Positions 38,107 to 47,875 are shown, numbered from the stretch's first letter. The stretch is DNA of 64,000 nucleotides from an uncultured bacterium (GCA_963707865.1 OY970175.1:694028-758027); one strand, 5' to 3'. Made by a program: numbers and translations. Notes: generated from the letters alone by a model not told the origin.

Positions 38107-39894
38107 TTATTTTAAGAATTTTTTCATTTTTTCCACCGGCCAGGCGTTTATTATATCACCTTTTACCGCCCAGCCGCGACGAGCCTGCGCAATGCCCCAT
38201 TCCAAAAGAGAAAAGTGTGCGGCGGCGTGAGCGTCGGAATCTATGGCCATAGGCACGCCGGCTTCCACACACTTCCGTACGTACTCGTCTTTAAGATCAA
38301 GTCGTTCGGGAAGCGCGTCAATCTCAAGAATGGTGCCGGTTTTCTTCGCGTGCGCGATGATCGCTTCCACGTCTATGTCGTACGGCGGGCGGCGGTTGAT
38401 GATGCGGCCAGTCGGATGGAAAAAGATATCCACATGTGGGTTCGCCATCGCGCGTTTCACACGCTCGGTCTGCGCCGCGCGCGGGAGATTAAAATGTGAG
38501 TGGACCGAAACGCCGACGACGTCCAACTTCGCCAAGATGGAATCGGGAAGGTCCAGCGTTCCGTCTTTTAAAATGTCGCACTCGGTTCCTTTGAGAAGAA
38601 CGATTCTCCCCGCGAACTTTTTGTTCAGCCGGTCAATCTCCGCCATCTGCTTTAAAATCCGAACCTCGTCCAAACCGTGCGTCATGGCGAGCCGTTTCGT
38701 GTGATCGGTGATCGCAATGTAACGGAGCCCATGCGCCATCGCCGCCTTCGCCATGCCCTCTATGGAATCCGTCCCGTCGGTCCAGTCGGTCTGTGTTTGG
38801 AGGTCCCCCTGGAGATCGTCGTAGCCGATAAGTTTCGGCAGTCGATGCACCTGTGCGGCTTCCAATTCGCCCGTATTCTCGCGTAGCTCCGGTTCAATAT
38901 AATCCATGCCGAACGCCTTGTAGAGTTCCTCTTCGGTCGCGCCCGCGATCATTTTTTCACGAACATCTTTTTTACTGCTGCCCGCCGTATCCCTCCTGCC
39001 ATCCACGCCGCGACCACCCTTTAGGGAAAACAATCCGTACTCGTTCAGTTTCCATCCCCTCGCGACGGCAATCTTGCGCAGCGCGACGTTGTGATCCTTG
39101 GAGCCGGTAAAATAATTGAGCGCGGCACCGTAAGATTCCTTCGGCACGACCCGGAGATCAACGTTGATCCCCGATTTTAATTTCACCGATGATTTCGTTT
39201 CGCCATGCGCGATGACCGACACCACATCGGGCATGGAAGCAAAGTGGTCCATCACCTCCTTCGGTTTTGCGGAAACGACGAGGATGTCCGCGTCGCCAAT
39301 CGTTTCCTTCCGGCGGCGCACGGAACCCGCGGCGATCGCCTTCGTAACGCCCGCGACCTTCGCAAGATCCGCCTCAATGGCACGAATCTGCGGCATCATA
39401 TAGCCCAAGAGGAATCGGCTGCCTGAACTCTTGGCAAACCCGATACCTTTTAGAATTTTCTCCTCGCTTTTCTCGCCAAACCCCGTGAGTTTCGCGATCT
39501 TGCCCGCCTTCGCCGCTTTCTCAAGATCGGCGAGGTCGCTTACGCCCAATTTTTGATAAAGCTTTTTGATTGATTTCGGGCCAAGCCCCTCCACGCGCGA
39601 TAAGCTTTCAAGATTCACCGGCGTTTTCTTCTTTAGATCCTCATAGTATTTCACCTTGCCGATCCGTACGAACTCCTCTATTTTTTCCGCAATGGAAACG
39701 CCCACGCCGGGAATCTCTTTGAGCGCTTTTATCCCGCCCCGCTCATATATATCGGCCACTTCCTCTTCAAGTCCCTCTATTGCCACCGCCGCTTTTTGAT
39801 ATGCTCGCGGCTTGAAGGGAACGTTCTGCATCTCCAAATATTCCCCGATTTCACGGAGAAGCTCGGCAACCGATTGGTTGGAAACTTTCTGCAT
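38107..39894 (-). CDS. polX: DNA polymerase X family protein with C-terminal PHP domain
   Basis: N-terminal HhH/pol-beta-like region (GIGVSIAEKI, GLGPKSIKKL), nucleotidyltransferase core, and a C-terminal PHP phosphoesterase domain (ITDHTKRL..., HSHF...). Confidence 0.85.
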   Translation of the reverse strand: MQKVSNQSVAELLREIGEYLEMQNVPFKPRAYQKAAVAIEGLEEEVADIYERGGIKALKEIPGVGVSIAEKIEEFVRIGKVKYYEDLKKKTPVNLESLSRVEGLGPKSIKKLYQKLGVSDLADLEKAAKAGKIAKLTGFGEKSEEKILKGIGFAKSSGSRFLLGYMMPQIRAIEADLAKVAGVTKAIAAGSVRRRKETIGDADILVVSAKPKEVMDHFASMPDVVSVIAHGETKSSVKLKSGINVDLRVVPKESYGAALNYFTGSKDHNVALRKIAVARGWKLNEYGLFSLKGGRGVDGRRDTAGSSKKDVREKMIAGATEEELYKAFGMDYIEPELRENTGELEAAQVHRLPKLIGYDDLQGDLQTQTDWTDGTDSIEGMAKAAMAHGLRYIAITDHTKRLAMTHGLDEVRILKQMAEIDRLNKKFAGRIVLLKGTECDILKDGTLDLPDSILAKLDVVGVSVHSHFNLPRAAQTERVKRAMANPHVDIFFHPTGRIINRRPPYDIDVEAIIAHAKKTGTILEIDALPERLDLKDEYVRKCVEAGVPMAIDSDAHAAAHFSLLEWGIAQARRGWAVKGDIINAWPVEKMKKFLK

Positions 39895-39911
39895 GTCAAT
39901 ATCGCATCTCG

Positions 39912-42395
39912 CTATTGCGCCGCATCCACAAAATCAAAGACGTCGCCGGCGGCGCCTGTTGTGTCGCCCACAAGCACAAGCTTCACGCGGCTCCCCTTAC
40001 CGACTTTCTTTGAAAGAATGGCGCGGGAGAGCGGCGCTCTAAGTTTCTCGTCAATGACGCGGCGCAGGGGACGAGCGCCGAACGCCGGGTCGTAGCCGAG
40101 CTTCACAAGCTGCGCCACCGCCGCCGGATCAAACTCAAGCGTAATACCCTGGTCTTTCAGCGTTCCCGCAAGTTCTTTTAAATTTATCTCTACGATCTTC
40201 CCAAGTTCATTCGGGCCAAGATCTTTGAAAATAACGATCTTAGAAAAACGGTTCAAAAGCTCCGGCTTGAAAACGTCCACGAGCCGCTTTTTGAGATACT
40301 CCGCGATGTCCGCCATGGATTCGCCTTTTGCGAGAGACTCATTGATGATGTCGGAGTGCGCATTGGAGGTCGCAATGACGATCGTGTTTGTGAAGTCAAT
40401 CGTGCGGCCGAGGTTGTCCGTAAGGCGGCCGTCGTCCAGAACTTGAAGAAACAAATTCAGGATGTCGGGGAACGCTTTTTCAAATTCATCAAGGAGGACC
40501 AAGCTGTAGGGCTTGTCGTGAATAGCATCGGTGAGCGCCCCGCGCGTAGTCCCGTCCGGCGAGCCGATGAAGCGGGAGTAGCTTGCTTTGTCCTGGTACT
40601 CCGTCATGTCAAACCGCACCATCATCTGCTCCGAACCGAATTGCACCTTTGCGAGCGTCTTCGCAAGCTCGGTCTTTCCGACGCCGGTGGGACCCACAAA
40701 AAGGAAACTCGCGATCGGCCCGCCTTTGCGCGTAAGACCGCTCCGGTATTCGCGGAGCGCCTCTGCGACCGCGGTGACCGCCTCTTCCTGGTCCACGAGC
40801 CGTTCGTGGATAATCTCTTCAAGGTGCAGCAATTTCCCCGCCTCCTCCTCGCCCGCTTCGCGGATCGGCATGTGCGCCTTCGCTTCGGCAACCGCCATCA
40901 CGCGATCCATGGTCAATGTCTTTTCGCCGTGCTCTTCCGCATCCACGAGCGCGGATTTTAATAGTTCCTCCGCGCTTGACGGCAGAAGTTTGTCCCTGAA
41001 ATATTTCTTGGCGAGCGTGACCGCGCACTTCACCGCACCGAAGCTGATCACGACGCGGCTCTGCTGCTCGAGAAGCATGCTTTCATACGTGAGGACCCTT
41101 CCCGCTTCCGCTTCGGTCACCTCATTCATGTGAATGACCTCGAAAGCGCCTACAAAATCACTCCGCGGCTCTATGAGCTGCTTGAACTCCCTTGGATATG
41201 TGGCCCCTACGACGGGGAACGCGTTGTTTTTGATGACGGGCATCAAAACGTCCGCCGCCGAAAGGTATGCCGTGCCAGAGGTATGGACAAGATTGTGGAT
41301 ATCCGGGATATAGACAATGATGTTTCCCGCCATGTAAATTTCCTCCACGATCTTTTTAAGCCGCGCGGAAAGCTCCTCCGGCGCCGCACCCGCCACGAGA
41401 TTTTGAAGTTCAATTGACACGAGCCGTTTGTCAAATAGCGCTTTCGGCACCTTGTCCTTGGTAAGCTCGAATGCGAGATGCTGCACCAGCGCTTCTTTCC
41501 CGATCCCCGGCTCACCGACAAGGAGGGCGTTTGGATTCATGGGGCGACCGAGCGTTTCCACAAGCCGTTCATACTCGGCATCGTGGCCGATCAGAAATCC
41601 CACCTGCTCTGCACGCGCAAGGTCGGTGAAATCGGTGCCGTATCTATCCAAAGTCGGCGTCGGCCGCGCCGTCCATGCCCGGTTCATAATACGGTGCCGA
41701 AGGCGGCGGCTTGAGTCAAAAATAAACCCGCCGACGGCACGGGGGGAACGGCTTATGAATGAGCGCTTGGACGAAAAGATGAGCGCGGTCTGGAGATCTC
41801 CTGCCTCTATGGAAAACATATGGAAAAGCCGGTCTATAACGTCGGACTTTACCTTCGCGAGAGCCGAAAAGAGGTCGCTCGGCTCTATGAAATTATGGCC
41901 GGCGGTAAGTGCCTCACCGAAGGCGGCTGCCACAAGTGTTTCGGCGCTTTTCTGATATTCCTCATACGACGCCATCTCCGCGGAGACCGGCTCCGCAAGC
42001 AATTCGTTGAGTTTCGCTTTGAACTCGTCCGGTTTCACATCAAGGCGGCGCAAGCCCTCTCCCGTGCGCGGGAGATCCGTAAGGCGCCCGGTGATACAAA
42101 GGAAAAAGTTCTGCTTCGCGACAAGGCCGTAATCAAACGCGCGCGCGAGCGCCGAAAAGGCGGCGGGCGTGAGGAGCCACGCCAGATTGATCTTTCCCTG
42201 CGACGGGAGCTCCGCGATGGGGAGGTCTGCTTCGCCCCGATGCACAAGCCGGTCCAAAAAGACAAGCCCCAGGAAAATTCCGGCGTACCGGAGCGGCCGC
42301 ATCCCCGAGATGAGAAGTGTCGCGGTGGCGAAAAGCAAAACCAAATAGGTGATGTAGCTCACGACGCGGACCGTGAATCTTCCCGCGATCGTCAT
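39912..42395 (-). CDS. Clp/Hsp100-family AAA+ ATPase, membrane-anchored, with degenerate first nucleotide-binding domain
   Basis: The likely start is MTIAGRFTVRVVSYITYLVLLFATATLLISG (TM helix). NBD1 has Walker A GEPGIGKEA (Thr to Glu) and Walker B IVYIPDIH (DE lost). NBD2 has canonical Walker A GPTGVGKTELAK and Walker B LVLLDEFEKA. A ClpB-D2-small C-terminal domain is present. Confidence 0.7.
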   Translation of the reverse strand: MTIAGRFTVRVVSYITYLVLLFATATLLISGMRPLRYAGIFLGLVFLDRLVHRGEADLPIAELPSQGKINLAWLLTPAAFSALARAFDYGLVAKQNFFLCITGRLTDLPRTGEGLRRLDVKPDEFKAKLNELLAEPVSAEMASYEEYQKSAETLVAAAFGEALTAGHNFIEPSDLFSALAKVKSDVIDRLFHMFSIEAGDLQTALIFSSKRSFISRSPRAVGGFIFDSSRRLRHRIMNRAWTARPTPTLDRYGTDFTDLARAEQVGFLIGHDAEYERLVETLGRPMNPNALLVGEPGIGKEALVQHLAFELTKDKVPKALFDKRLVSIELQNLVAGAAPEELSARLKKIVEEIYMAGNIIVYIPDIHNLVHTSGTAYLSAADVLMPVIKNNAFPVVGATYPREFKQLIEPRSDFVGAFEVIHMNEVTEAEAGRVLTYESMLLEQQSRVVISFGAVKCAVTLAKKYFRDKLLPSSAEELLKSALVDAEEHGEKTLTMDRVMAVAEAKAHMPIREAGEEEAGKLLHLEEIIHERLVDQEEAVTAVAEALREYRSGLTRKGGPIASFLFVGPTGVGKTELAKTLAKVQFGSEQMMVRFDMTEYQDKASYSRFIGSPDGTTRGALTDAIHDKPYSLVLLDEFEKAFPDILNLFLQVLDDGRLTDNLGRTIDFTNTIVIATSNAHSDIINESLAKGESMADIAEYLKKRLVDVFKPELLNRFSKIVIFKDLGPNELGKIVEINLKELAGTLKDQGITLEFDPAAVAQLVKLGYDPAFGARPLRRVIDEKLRAPLSRAILSKKVGKGSRVKLVLVGDTTGAAGDVFDFVDAAQ

Positions 42396-42432
42396 CTTGA
42401 GCCGCGGATCATCGAACCGCAGCTCGTAGCGA

Positions 42433-42780
42433 TTAGAGTCCCCTTGCGGCATTGAAAATAATAACGGCCGGTATCGCGAGCCAGACCACGTAGAAAAGCA
42501 GGAAGAGCAGTGCAATCACCGCGTATACCACGCCGCCGATCAAAATCCTGCCAGTCCGAAAGATAACGCCGAGGACGCGCCCAATGATCGTATAGTCGCC
42601 GTAGAGCGGCCGGAAAAAATATCGGAGGGTGACCCTAACCGCAAACGAGCGATCGGCATCTTCCAGCGTCGCGATAAACTGATGCCCGATCCTGCGCGAG
42701 CCGTCCACGTACCAGTGGTGAAAGAAATCCGTGAGGCGATACAAGAACCGCTGCACAAGATACGCCGGCGCGAAATCCAT
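42433..42780 (-). CDS. Small polytopic membrane protein upstream of the Clp-like ATPase
   Basis: 115 aa with a hydrophobic C-terminal half (GGVVYAVIALLFLLFYVVWLAIPAVIIF). No known domain. Confidence 0.35.
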   Translation of the reverse strand: MDFAPAYLVQRFLYRLTDFFHHWYVDGSRRIGHQFIATLEDADRSFAVRVTLRYFFRPLYGDYTIIGRVLGVIFRTGRILIGGVVYAVIALLFLLFYVVWLAIPAVIIFNAARGL

Positions 42781-42794
42781 GCCTTAATGATACC

Positions 42795-43460
42795 TCAAAA
42801 AAGGCCCGCCTGCTTCGGCTTCGCCGCGTTCTTTGCCGCTTTCTTCGCCGTCGGAAGAACAGGCGTGGTTATTTCTATTGTGAGTTCTCCCTTCAAAATC
42901 TTGGGCAGTTTTTTAAAGTCCTCGCGAAGCGCGCCCATCATTTCCACGGGCGAGCGGAGCGCGGCGGCGGTGTGATAGATCGGGAACACGATCCTTTCTT
43001 CCACATTGAACACCCGCCCGTGATCACGCGTAATCTTCGCATCGAGCAGAAAATAATTCATCGCGAAGCGGCCCACCGCGACGATCACTTTCGGATTGAT
43101 GATTTCTATTTGCCGCGTGAGATACGGCTTGTATGCCTCAATTTCAGAGGGCAGCGGATCGCGGTTCTCCGGCGGGCGGCGCTTGATGATGTTCGTAATA
43201 TAAACATCCTCGCGCTTCCAGCCGATGCCTTTGATGAGATCGTCCAAAAGTTGCCCGGCTCTCCCCACGAACGGCCGCTTCAGCCGGTCCTCGTTAGCGC
43301 CCGGGCCTTCGCCCACAAACATCACGTCGCAGTCAATATTCCCTTCGCCAAAAACCAAATTTGATTCGCGGAGCGGCAAGGGTGCTGCCGCAATCTCCGC
43401 CTCCAGCTTCGCAAGTTCAGCACGCTTGTCCATAGGAAGATTATAGCGCATCTCCACCAC
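42795..43460 (-). CDS. Uracil-DNA glycosylase, family 4
   Basis: GEGPGANEDRLKRPFVGRAGQLLDDLI ... HPS-like ...RPPENRDPLPSEIEAYKPYL. Family-4 UDG motifs A and B. Confidence 0.8.
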   Translation of the reverse strand: MVEMRYNLPMDKRAELAKLEAEIAAAPLPLRESNLVFGEGNIDCDVMFVGEGPGANEDRLKRPFVGRAGQLLDDLIKGIGWKREDVYITNIIKRRPPENRDPLPSEIEAYKPYLTRQIEIINPKVIVAVGRFAMNYFLLDAKITRDHGRVFNVEERIVFPIYHTAAALRSPVEMMGALREDFKKLPKILKGELTIEITTPVLPTAKKAAKNAAKPKQAGLF

Positions 43461-43747
43461 CCCGTGGATCGGCCGGGAATTGCACCCGGACCTTCGCCTG
43501 TCAATGACGATATTCTGCTGTTAAACTACCGACCCCCGATCACGGGGTGCGTTCACCATACACGAATAGCCATTAAAATTATTTAAAATATTAATCGCCA
43601 CTGTGAGGTGGCGACTAATACGACAGGCGAAGATTGGTCGGCAATTCATGCAGACCATCGTCTTATCTTCACTATAGCGACCCAAGAAGAAATGTCAAAA
43701 ATCATTTAATAATTTTTTAATCAATGGAAGTACGCTATGCTTAATGA

Positions 43748-44209
43748 ATGGATCTTCATCTGGGAACTCTAAAGATAGTTCCCGCGAGCGGTAGCTACAC
43801 AATTGTGTTAACCGCCGGAAAGATCTCAAAGAAAGATAATTTCGGCAACTTCAAGCTCGGGTCTATCTCTGGCATGAAGTTCAACGACGCGAATGGCAAC
43901 CGCCGCAAAGACAACGGTGAGGTCGGCTTGGCGGGTTGGACGATCAACCTTACGAAGGTTGGCTCTCCGACCATCATTGCTTCCACCGTAACCGACGCGA
44001 GCGGTAACTACTCCTTCGCGAACCTCGGCCCTGGAACCTACCAAGTGCGGGAGGTCCAGCAGTCCCCCTGGGTTCAGACAACGAGCAACCCGTCGAACAT
44101 AAAGATGTATTCCGGCACCGTTTCCAAAAACGATAACTTTGGGAACCACAACGGCCCGGTACCGAAAGATCGTTTCGGCTTCTTTGGTTGGGGTTGGGGC
44201 AACCGTTAG
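43748..44209 (+). CDS. SdrD-B/Cna-B-like domain protein, short (possible remnant of a surface protein)
   Basis: ...NDANGNRRKDNGEVGLAGWTINLT...TDASGNYSFANLGPGTYQV... is the SD-repeat B-domain pattern. No signal peptide. The ORF starts right after an in-frame stop. Confidence 0.4.
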   Translation: MDLHLGTLKIVPASGSYTIVLTAGKISKKDNFGNFKLGSISGMKFNDANGNRRKDNGEVGLAGWTINLTKVGSPTIIASTVTDASGNYSFANLGPGTYQVREVQQSPWVQTTSNPSNIKMYSGTVSKNDNFGNHNGPVPKDRFGFFGWGWGNR

Positions 44210-44228
44210 TCTATCGGAGAAGTAGCTA

Positions 44229-44260
44229 AGACCCCGTCTTTATAAGGACGGGGTTTTAGT
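44229..44260 (+). terminator. Rho-independent terminator
   Basis: accccgtctttataaggacggggt + tttt. Confidence 0.5.
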
Positions 44261-44343
44261 ATTTTTGTAGTCACGCACATACCTGGAACCATAATGTGCC
44301 TAGTTACTGCACTTCGGGATGCTGGACTGTAACGATTCGCGGC

Positions 44344-44388
44344 GAGCGGCAAGAAAAAATTCTCGCAGGAAGAATTTTATTCTGGCTC
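44344..44388. repeat. 45-nt conserved hairpin motif, copy 1 (second copy at 59563-59607)
   Basis: gagcggcaagaaaaaattCTcgcaggaAGaattttattctggctc versus copy 2 ...ttGCcgctggaGCaatt... The two differences are compensatory, which preserves the stem. Confidence 0.6.
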
Positions 44389-44413
44389 TTCAAAAGGATA
44401 TTTGCTTCTTGCT

Positions 44414-44698
44414 GTGTGCTTATATGAGACTGCTCGAGAGTATTTTATCCAAAATTCCTGAATTTTGATACCCCTCTTACCCCTTCAAATACCCCTTCAA
44501 TTGCCCTGCATCGAATTGAAGGGGTAGCAAGTCCAGTTTGCTCTGCAAACTCTGATCTTTTCGACCCTCGTCTCTGAAAATCACAAGTCCTACTTCACTC
44601 CGCTAGACCCCCTCCGAAATGGTGTGCTCAGCCCCTCAGCCGCTCACTTACGTTCGGGCTTCGGGGCTTCGCGTATGGCGCGCCCAAATTCCTCCCCC
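44414..44698. repeat. 285-bp perfect inverted repeat, left copy (IR-L)
   Basis: Checked by hand. The reverse complement of 44414-44698 equals 47876-48160 base for base across all segments compared. Confidence 0.9.
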
Positions 44699-44958
44699 AA
44701 CCCCTCCTTTGAGGCGCGCTAAGAGGTGGTAGTTCCACGCTTTGCGACCCTATTCCTGTCCATAGGGCAATACCACGTCTTAGCGTGTCTGACCCTCCAG
44801 AAAGCGGTTTCTTGCCCTTGCCCCAGCCCTCCCATTGCGCGGGCAAGAGTCATTAAAACTCCCTTAAAAGAAGCTTGTCCTTTCAGCTTTGAATAGCGAT
44901 AATTTTGGGATGAAAATTATCAAAAAATCGAGTATGATTACCTTAAATCTTACTCGCC

Positions 44959-45768
44959 ATGAAACAATCAGCCACAACAAGGAAATTATCGCTCCCTCCG
45001 ACCAAGCGGGCCCCGAAAGCCCCAAAATTTTCCAAGAAATTTGTGAATAAAATCCTTTGCGGCGATGCCATCGAGCTTATGCGAGAGATACCCGACGGCG
45101 CGGTTGATCTCGTTGTAACTTCGCCGCCATATAACCTTAAAAATTCCACCGGCAACGGAATGAAGGATGGGCGCGGTGGGAAGTGGGCCAATGCCGCCCT
45201 GCAAAACGGATACAGCAATCACGACGACTGTATGCCGCACGACAAATATGTGAAGTGGCAGAGAGATTGCCTAAAGGAGATGATGCGAATTATCCCGGAG
45301 GATGGCGCGATTTTCTATAACCATAAATGGCGCGTTCAGGGAGGTTTGCTACAAGATCGGCAGGATATTGTCGGCGGATTCCCGGTTAGGCAGATCATCA
45401 TTTGGAAACGGAAGGGCGGCTTAAATTTTAACGCCGGATATTTCTTGCCGACTTATGAAGTCATTTATCTTATCGCCAAACCGAAATTCAAACTAGCGAC
45501 GAAAGCGAACGCGCACGGCGATGTTTGGGAGTTTACGCAGGAGATGAATAACGAACATCCGGCCGCTTTTCCCGTAGCTCTAATTGATCGGATAGTTTCC
45601 GCAACGGACGCTAAAACTATTCTCGACCCTTTCATGGGTTCGGGCACGACGGCACTTTCTGCGATAAATTTTAAGCGAGATTATATCGGCATTGATATTT
45701 CGCCAGAGTATTGCGAGATGGCCGAAAAGAGAATTAAGAAACATAAAGCTCAATCGCGGCTCTTATAA
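44959..45768 (+). CDS. Type II DNA methyltransferase, beta-class amino-MTase (SPPY; likely N4-cytosine, M.MvaI/M.BcnI-like)
   Basis: Motif IV DLVVTSPPYNL precedes motif I ILDPFMGSGTT (beta permutation, N6_N4_Mtase). It is immediately upstream of the REase candidate. Confidence 0.8.
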   Translation: MKQSATTRKLSLPPTKRAPKAPKFSKKFVNKILCGDAIELMREIPDGAVDLVVTSPPYNLKNSTGNGMKDGRGGKWANAALQNGYSNHDDCMPHDKYVKWQRDCLKEMMRIIPEDGAIFYNHKWRVQGGLLQDRQDIVGGFPVRQIIIWKRKGGLNFNAGYFLPTYEVIYLIAKPKFKLATKANAHGDVWEFTQEMNNEHPAAFPVALIDRIVSATDAKTILDPFMGSGTTALSAINFKRDYIGIDISPEYCEMAEKRIKKHKAQSRLL

Positions 45769-45770
45769 TC

Positions 45771-46568
45771 ATGGCAAAGAAACCCGTTATTTATACAAAA
45801 CCATCGTTGATAGCGAAGCTCAAAGAAATCGCCGCGATGGGTTGGATACCGAATGCCCGACGAGGCAACGCCGGAGGCGTAGGTAATACGCTTGAAGACC
45901 TGCTTGGCATAAGAGAAAATAACTTGCCGATTCCCAACGCCGCAGAGTGGGAACTGAAAGCGCAGAGAATAAATACCACGTCGCTCACAACTTTATTCCA
46001 TATCGAGCCATCGCCCCGCGCCATCGGTTTTGTGCCAAAAGTTTTGTTGCCATTGTACGGATGGCCCCACGAAGAAGCAGGGAAGAAATACGGAAAAAAC
46101 GAGATGAGTTTTCGCCAAACGATTCACGGCGGATCGCGGAGCGACAGAGGTTTTAAGGTTGTGATAGATCGCAAAGAGAAAAAGATTTTAATCTCGTTCG
46201 ACGCGAAAAGTGTTGATCCAAGACATAAGACCTGGCTCGAATTAGTTAAAAAGCGCGTGGGCTTAGGCGAACTTAATCCCCAACCATATTGGGGATTCGA
46301 TGATTTAGAACATAAAGCCGGAACGAAATTGCTTAACGCTTTTTACGTTCAGGCGGAGGTGAAGATAGAGCGCAAGAAGGAATTTTATAAATATACGAAA
46401 GTGATGATGCTACAAAAATTTAGTTTCGACGGATTTTTGAAAGCGTTGGAGGAGGGTAAGATACTCGTTGATTTCGATGCTCGCACAGGCCACAATCACG
46501 GAACGAAATTTAGAATGAGGCAGGATTGCTTGCCGATGCTTTACGAGAAAAACACCATCATTTTATGA
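45771..46568 (+). CDS. Type II restriction endonuclease, MvaI/BcnI-like (recalled family similarity)
   Basis: Starts 3 nt after the MTase stop. The pattern GGVGNTLEDLLGIRENN...EWELKAQR...LTTLFHIEP matches my recollection of the MvaI/BcnI family N-terminal region. Those enzymes pair with N4mC SPPY MTases. This is not database-verified. Confidence 0.5.
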   Translation: MAKKPVIYTKPSLIAKLKEIAAMGWIPNARRGNAGGVGNTLEDLLGIRENNLPIPNAAEWELKAQRINTTSLTTLFHIEPSPRAIGFVPKVLLPLYGWPHEEAGKKYGKNEMSFRQTIHGGSRSDRGFKVVIDRKEKKILISFDAKSVDPRHKTWLELVKKRVGLGELNPQPYWGFDDLEHKAGTKLLNAFYVQAEVKIERKKEFYKYTKVMMLQKFSFDGFLKALEEGKILVDFDARTGHNHGTKFRMRQDCLPMLYEKNTIIL

Positions 46569-47833
46569 AAACTAGGCTAGAGGCGAAAAAGGCTAGTTGG
46601 CTAAATAAGTACAAAGGAGATATCGAGCTAGAGCCTTTCTTTCAGAGAGGAACAGTTTGGAGCGATGATAAAAAACAGTATTTTATAGACTCGCTTTTAA
46701 AGGGCTGGGGAACGCCAAAAATTTTCCTTTGGGAAACGGGTAAAGATTCTTATGCCTGTTTAGATGGCAAACAGCGTTTGACCAGTCTATTTAAATTTAT
46801 GGCCGACAGACTGCCATTAAAAGAAGATTATTCTACTGGATATGGCGGTAAAAAATATACCGAGTTACCAGTTAGCGTCCAAGATGCGATCGACGATTAT
46901 GAATTTTCGGTAGAAATATTAGAAGCCAAAGACGACGAAGTGATAGAACTCTATAAGAGGTTACAAGGGGGCACTCCTTTAAATTTCGGAGAGAAGTTAT
47001 TTGCGATGTCGGGAAATATGAACGATTTTATTAAACGCCGGCTAAACACAAAAACATTCTTTAAGGAAAGAGTATCGCTTCCAGATACTAGATACTCGCA
47101 CTATGCTGTTTGCGCGCAATTATGCTTATTGAGCATAAAAGGCGCAAAAGAAGACTTGAAGCTAAAGAACCTAGAGAAGTTTTTTAGAGATTATCGCGGC
47201 TTCAATACCAAGAGCCCTGAAGCAGATAAAATTTTCGACGTTATAAAACATCTTGAAAAGGCGTTCCCTAACAAGAGCGATCCGGCCCTACGAAATAGGG
47301 CGAATGTCGTATCTATATTTCATCTAATAGCAGATATATCTGCGCGTGGCGATATTTCCGGGAGAGAAGAAGAAATAGGTGCGTTCTTTAGAAAATTTGT
47401 GAAGGATATTCAGAAAGAGTTTGATAAAAAGCCCGAGAACCGCGATCCCGCCATATTGAGTTATCAATCGGCGGTTACGCAAGGAGCAGACAAAATTAAG
47501 TCTATTAATATCAGGCACGGCGTTTTATTAAAAAAACTTGAGTCGAAAAATAAATTTTTCTATGGCCTTCTTCATCCAGCTTCTCCGCAGGACAAATTTA
47601 TGAAAATGTATAACGACGCACGAAAGAAGCTAAGGATCACCACTGTTGGTGGATTTGATGCGTGGCTTATTAGTAATAAAGGCCTGTCAGATATAGGGTG
47701 CTCGAAAGCTCGTGCTGGAACGGAAACTTTTATAGGACATATTCGCAATTGTATCCATTATTCTGAACATGGAACTGTTCCAGTAAAGGACTTAGATAGG
47801 GCCATCAAAATTTTGAAAGAGATATTAAGGTAA
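46565..47833 (+). CDS. DUF262-domain protein (GmrSD / ParB-like nuclease family; candidate type IV restriction or defence nuclease)
   Basis: ATG overlaps the REase stop (ATGA). The N-terminal DUF262 hallmark is ...YACLDGKQRLTSLFKF... (the DGQQR motif). The C-terminal region is compatible with a DUF1524/His-Me-like domain. Confidence 0.65.
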   Translation: MKTRLEAKKASWLNKYKGDIELEPFFQRGTVWSDDKKQYFIDSLLKGWGTPKIFLWETGKDSYACLDGKQRLTSLFKFMADRLPLKEDYSTGYGGKKYTELPVSVQDAIDDYEFSVEILEAKDDEVIELYKRLQGGTPLNFGEKLFAMSGNMNDFIKRRLNTKTFFKERVSLPDTRYSHYAVCAQLCLLSIKGAKEDLKLKNLEKFFRDYRGFNTKSPEADKIFDVIKHLEKAFPNKSDPALRNRANVVSIFHLIADISARGDISGREEEIGAFFRKFVKDIQKEFDKKPENRDPAILSYQSAVTQGADKIKSINIRHGVLLKKLESKNKFFYGLLHPASPQDKFMKMYNDARKKLRITTVGGFDAWLISNKGLSDIGCSKARAGTETFIGHIRNCIHYSEHGTVPVKDLDRAIKILKEILR

Positions 47834-47875
47834 AAATTTTTGCTCCCGGCCATGCGGCCGCGAGCTATTTTTTGT

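Noticed and set aside
43465-43500. tRNA-like T-arm (ccggg-tgcaatt-cccgg) near udg
   Set aside because: The loop is non-canonical (G at the Psi55 position) and no acceptor stem is complementary. It is treated as a generic palindrome.
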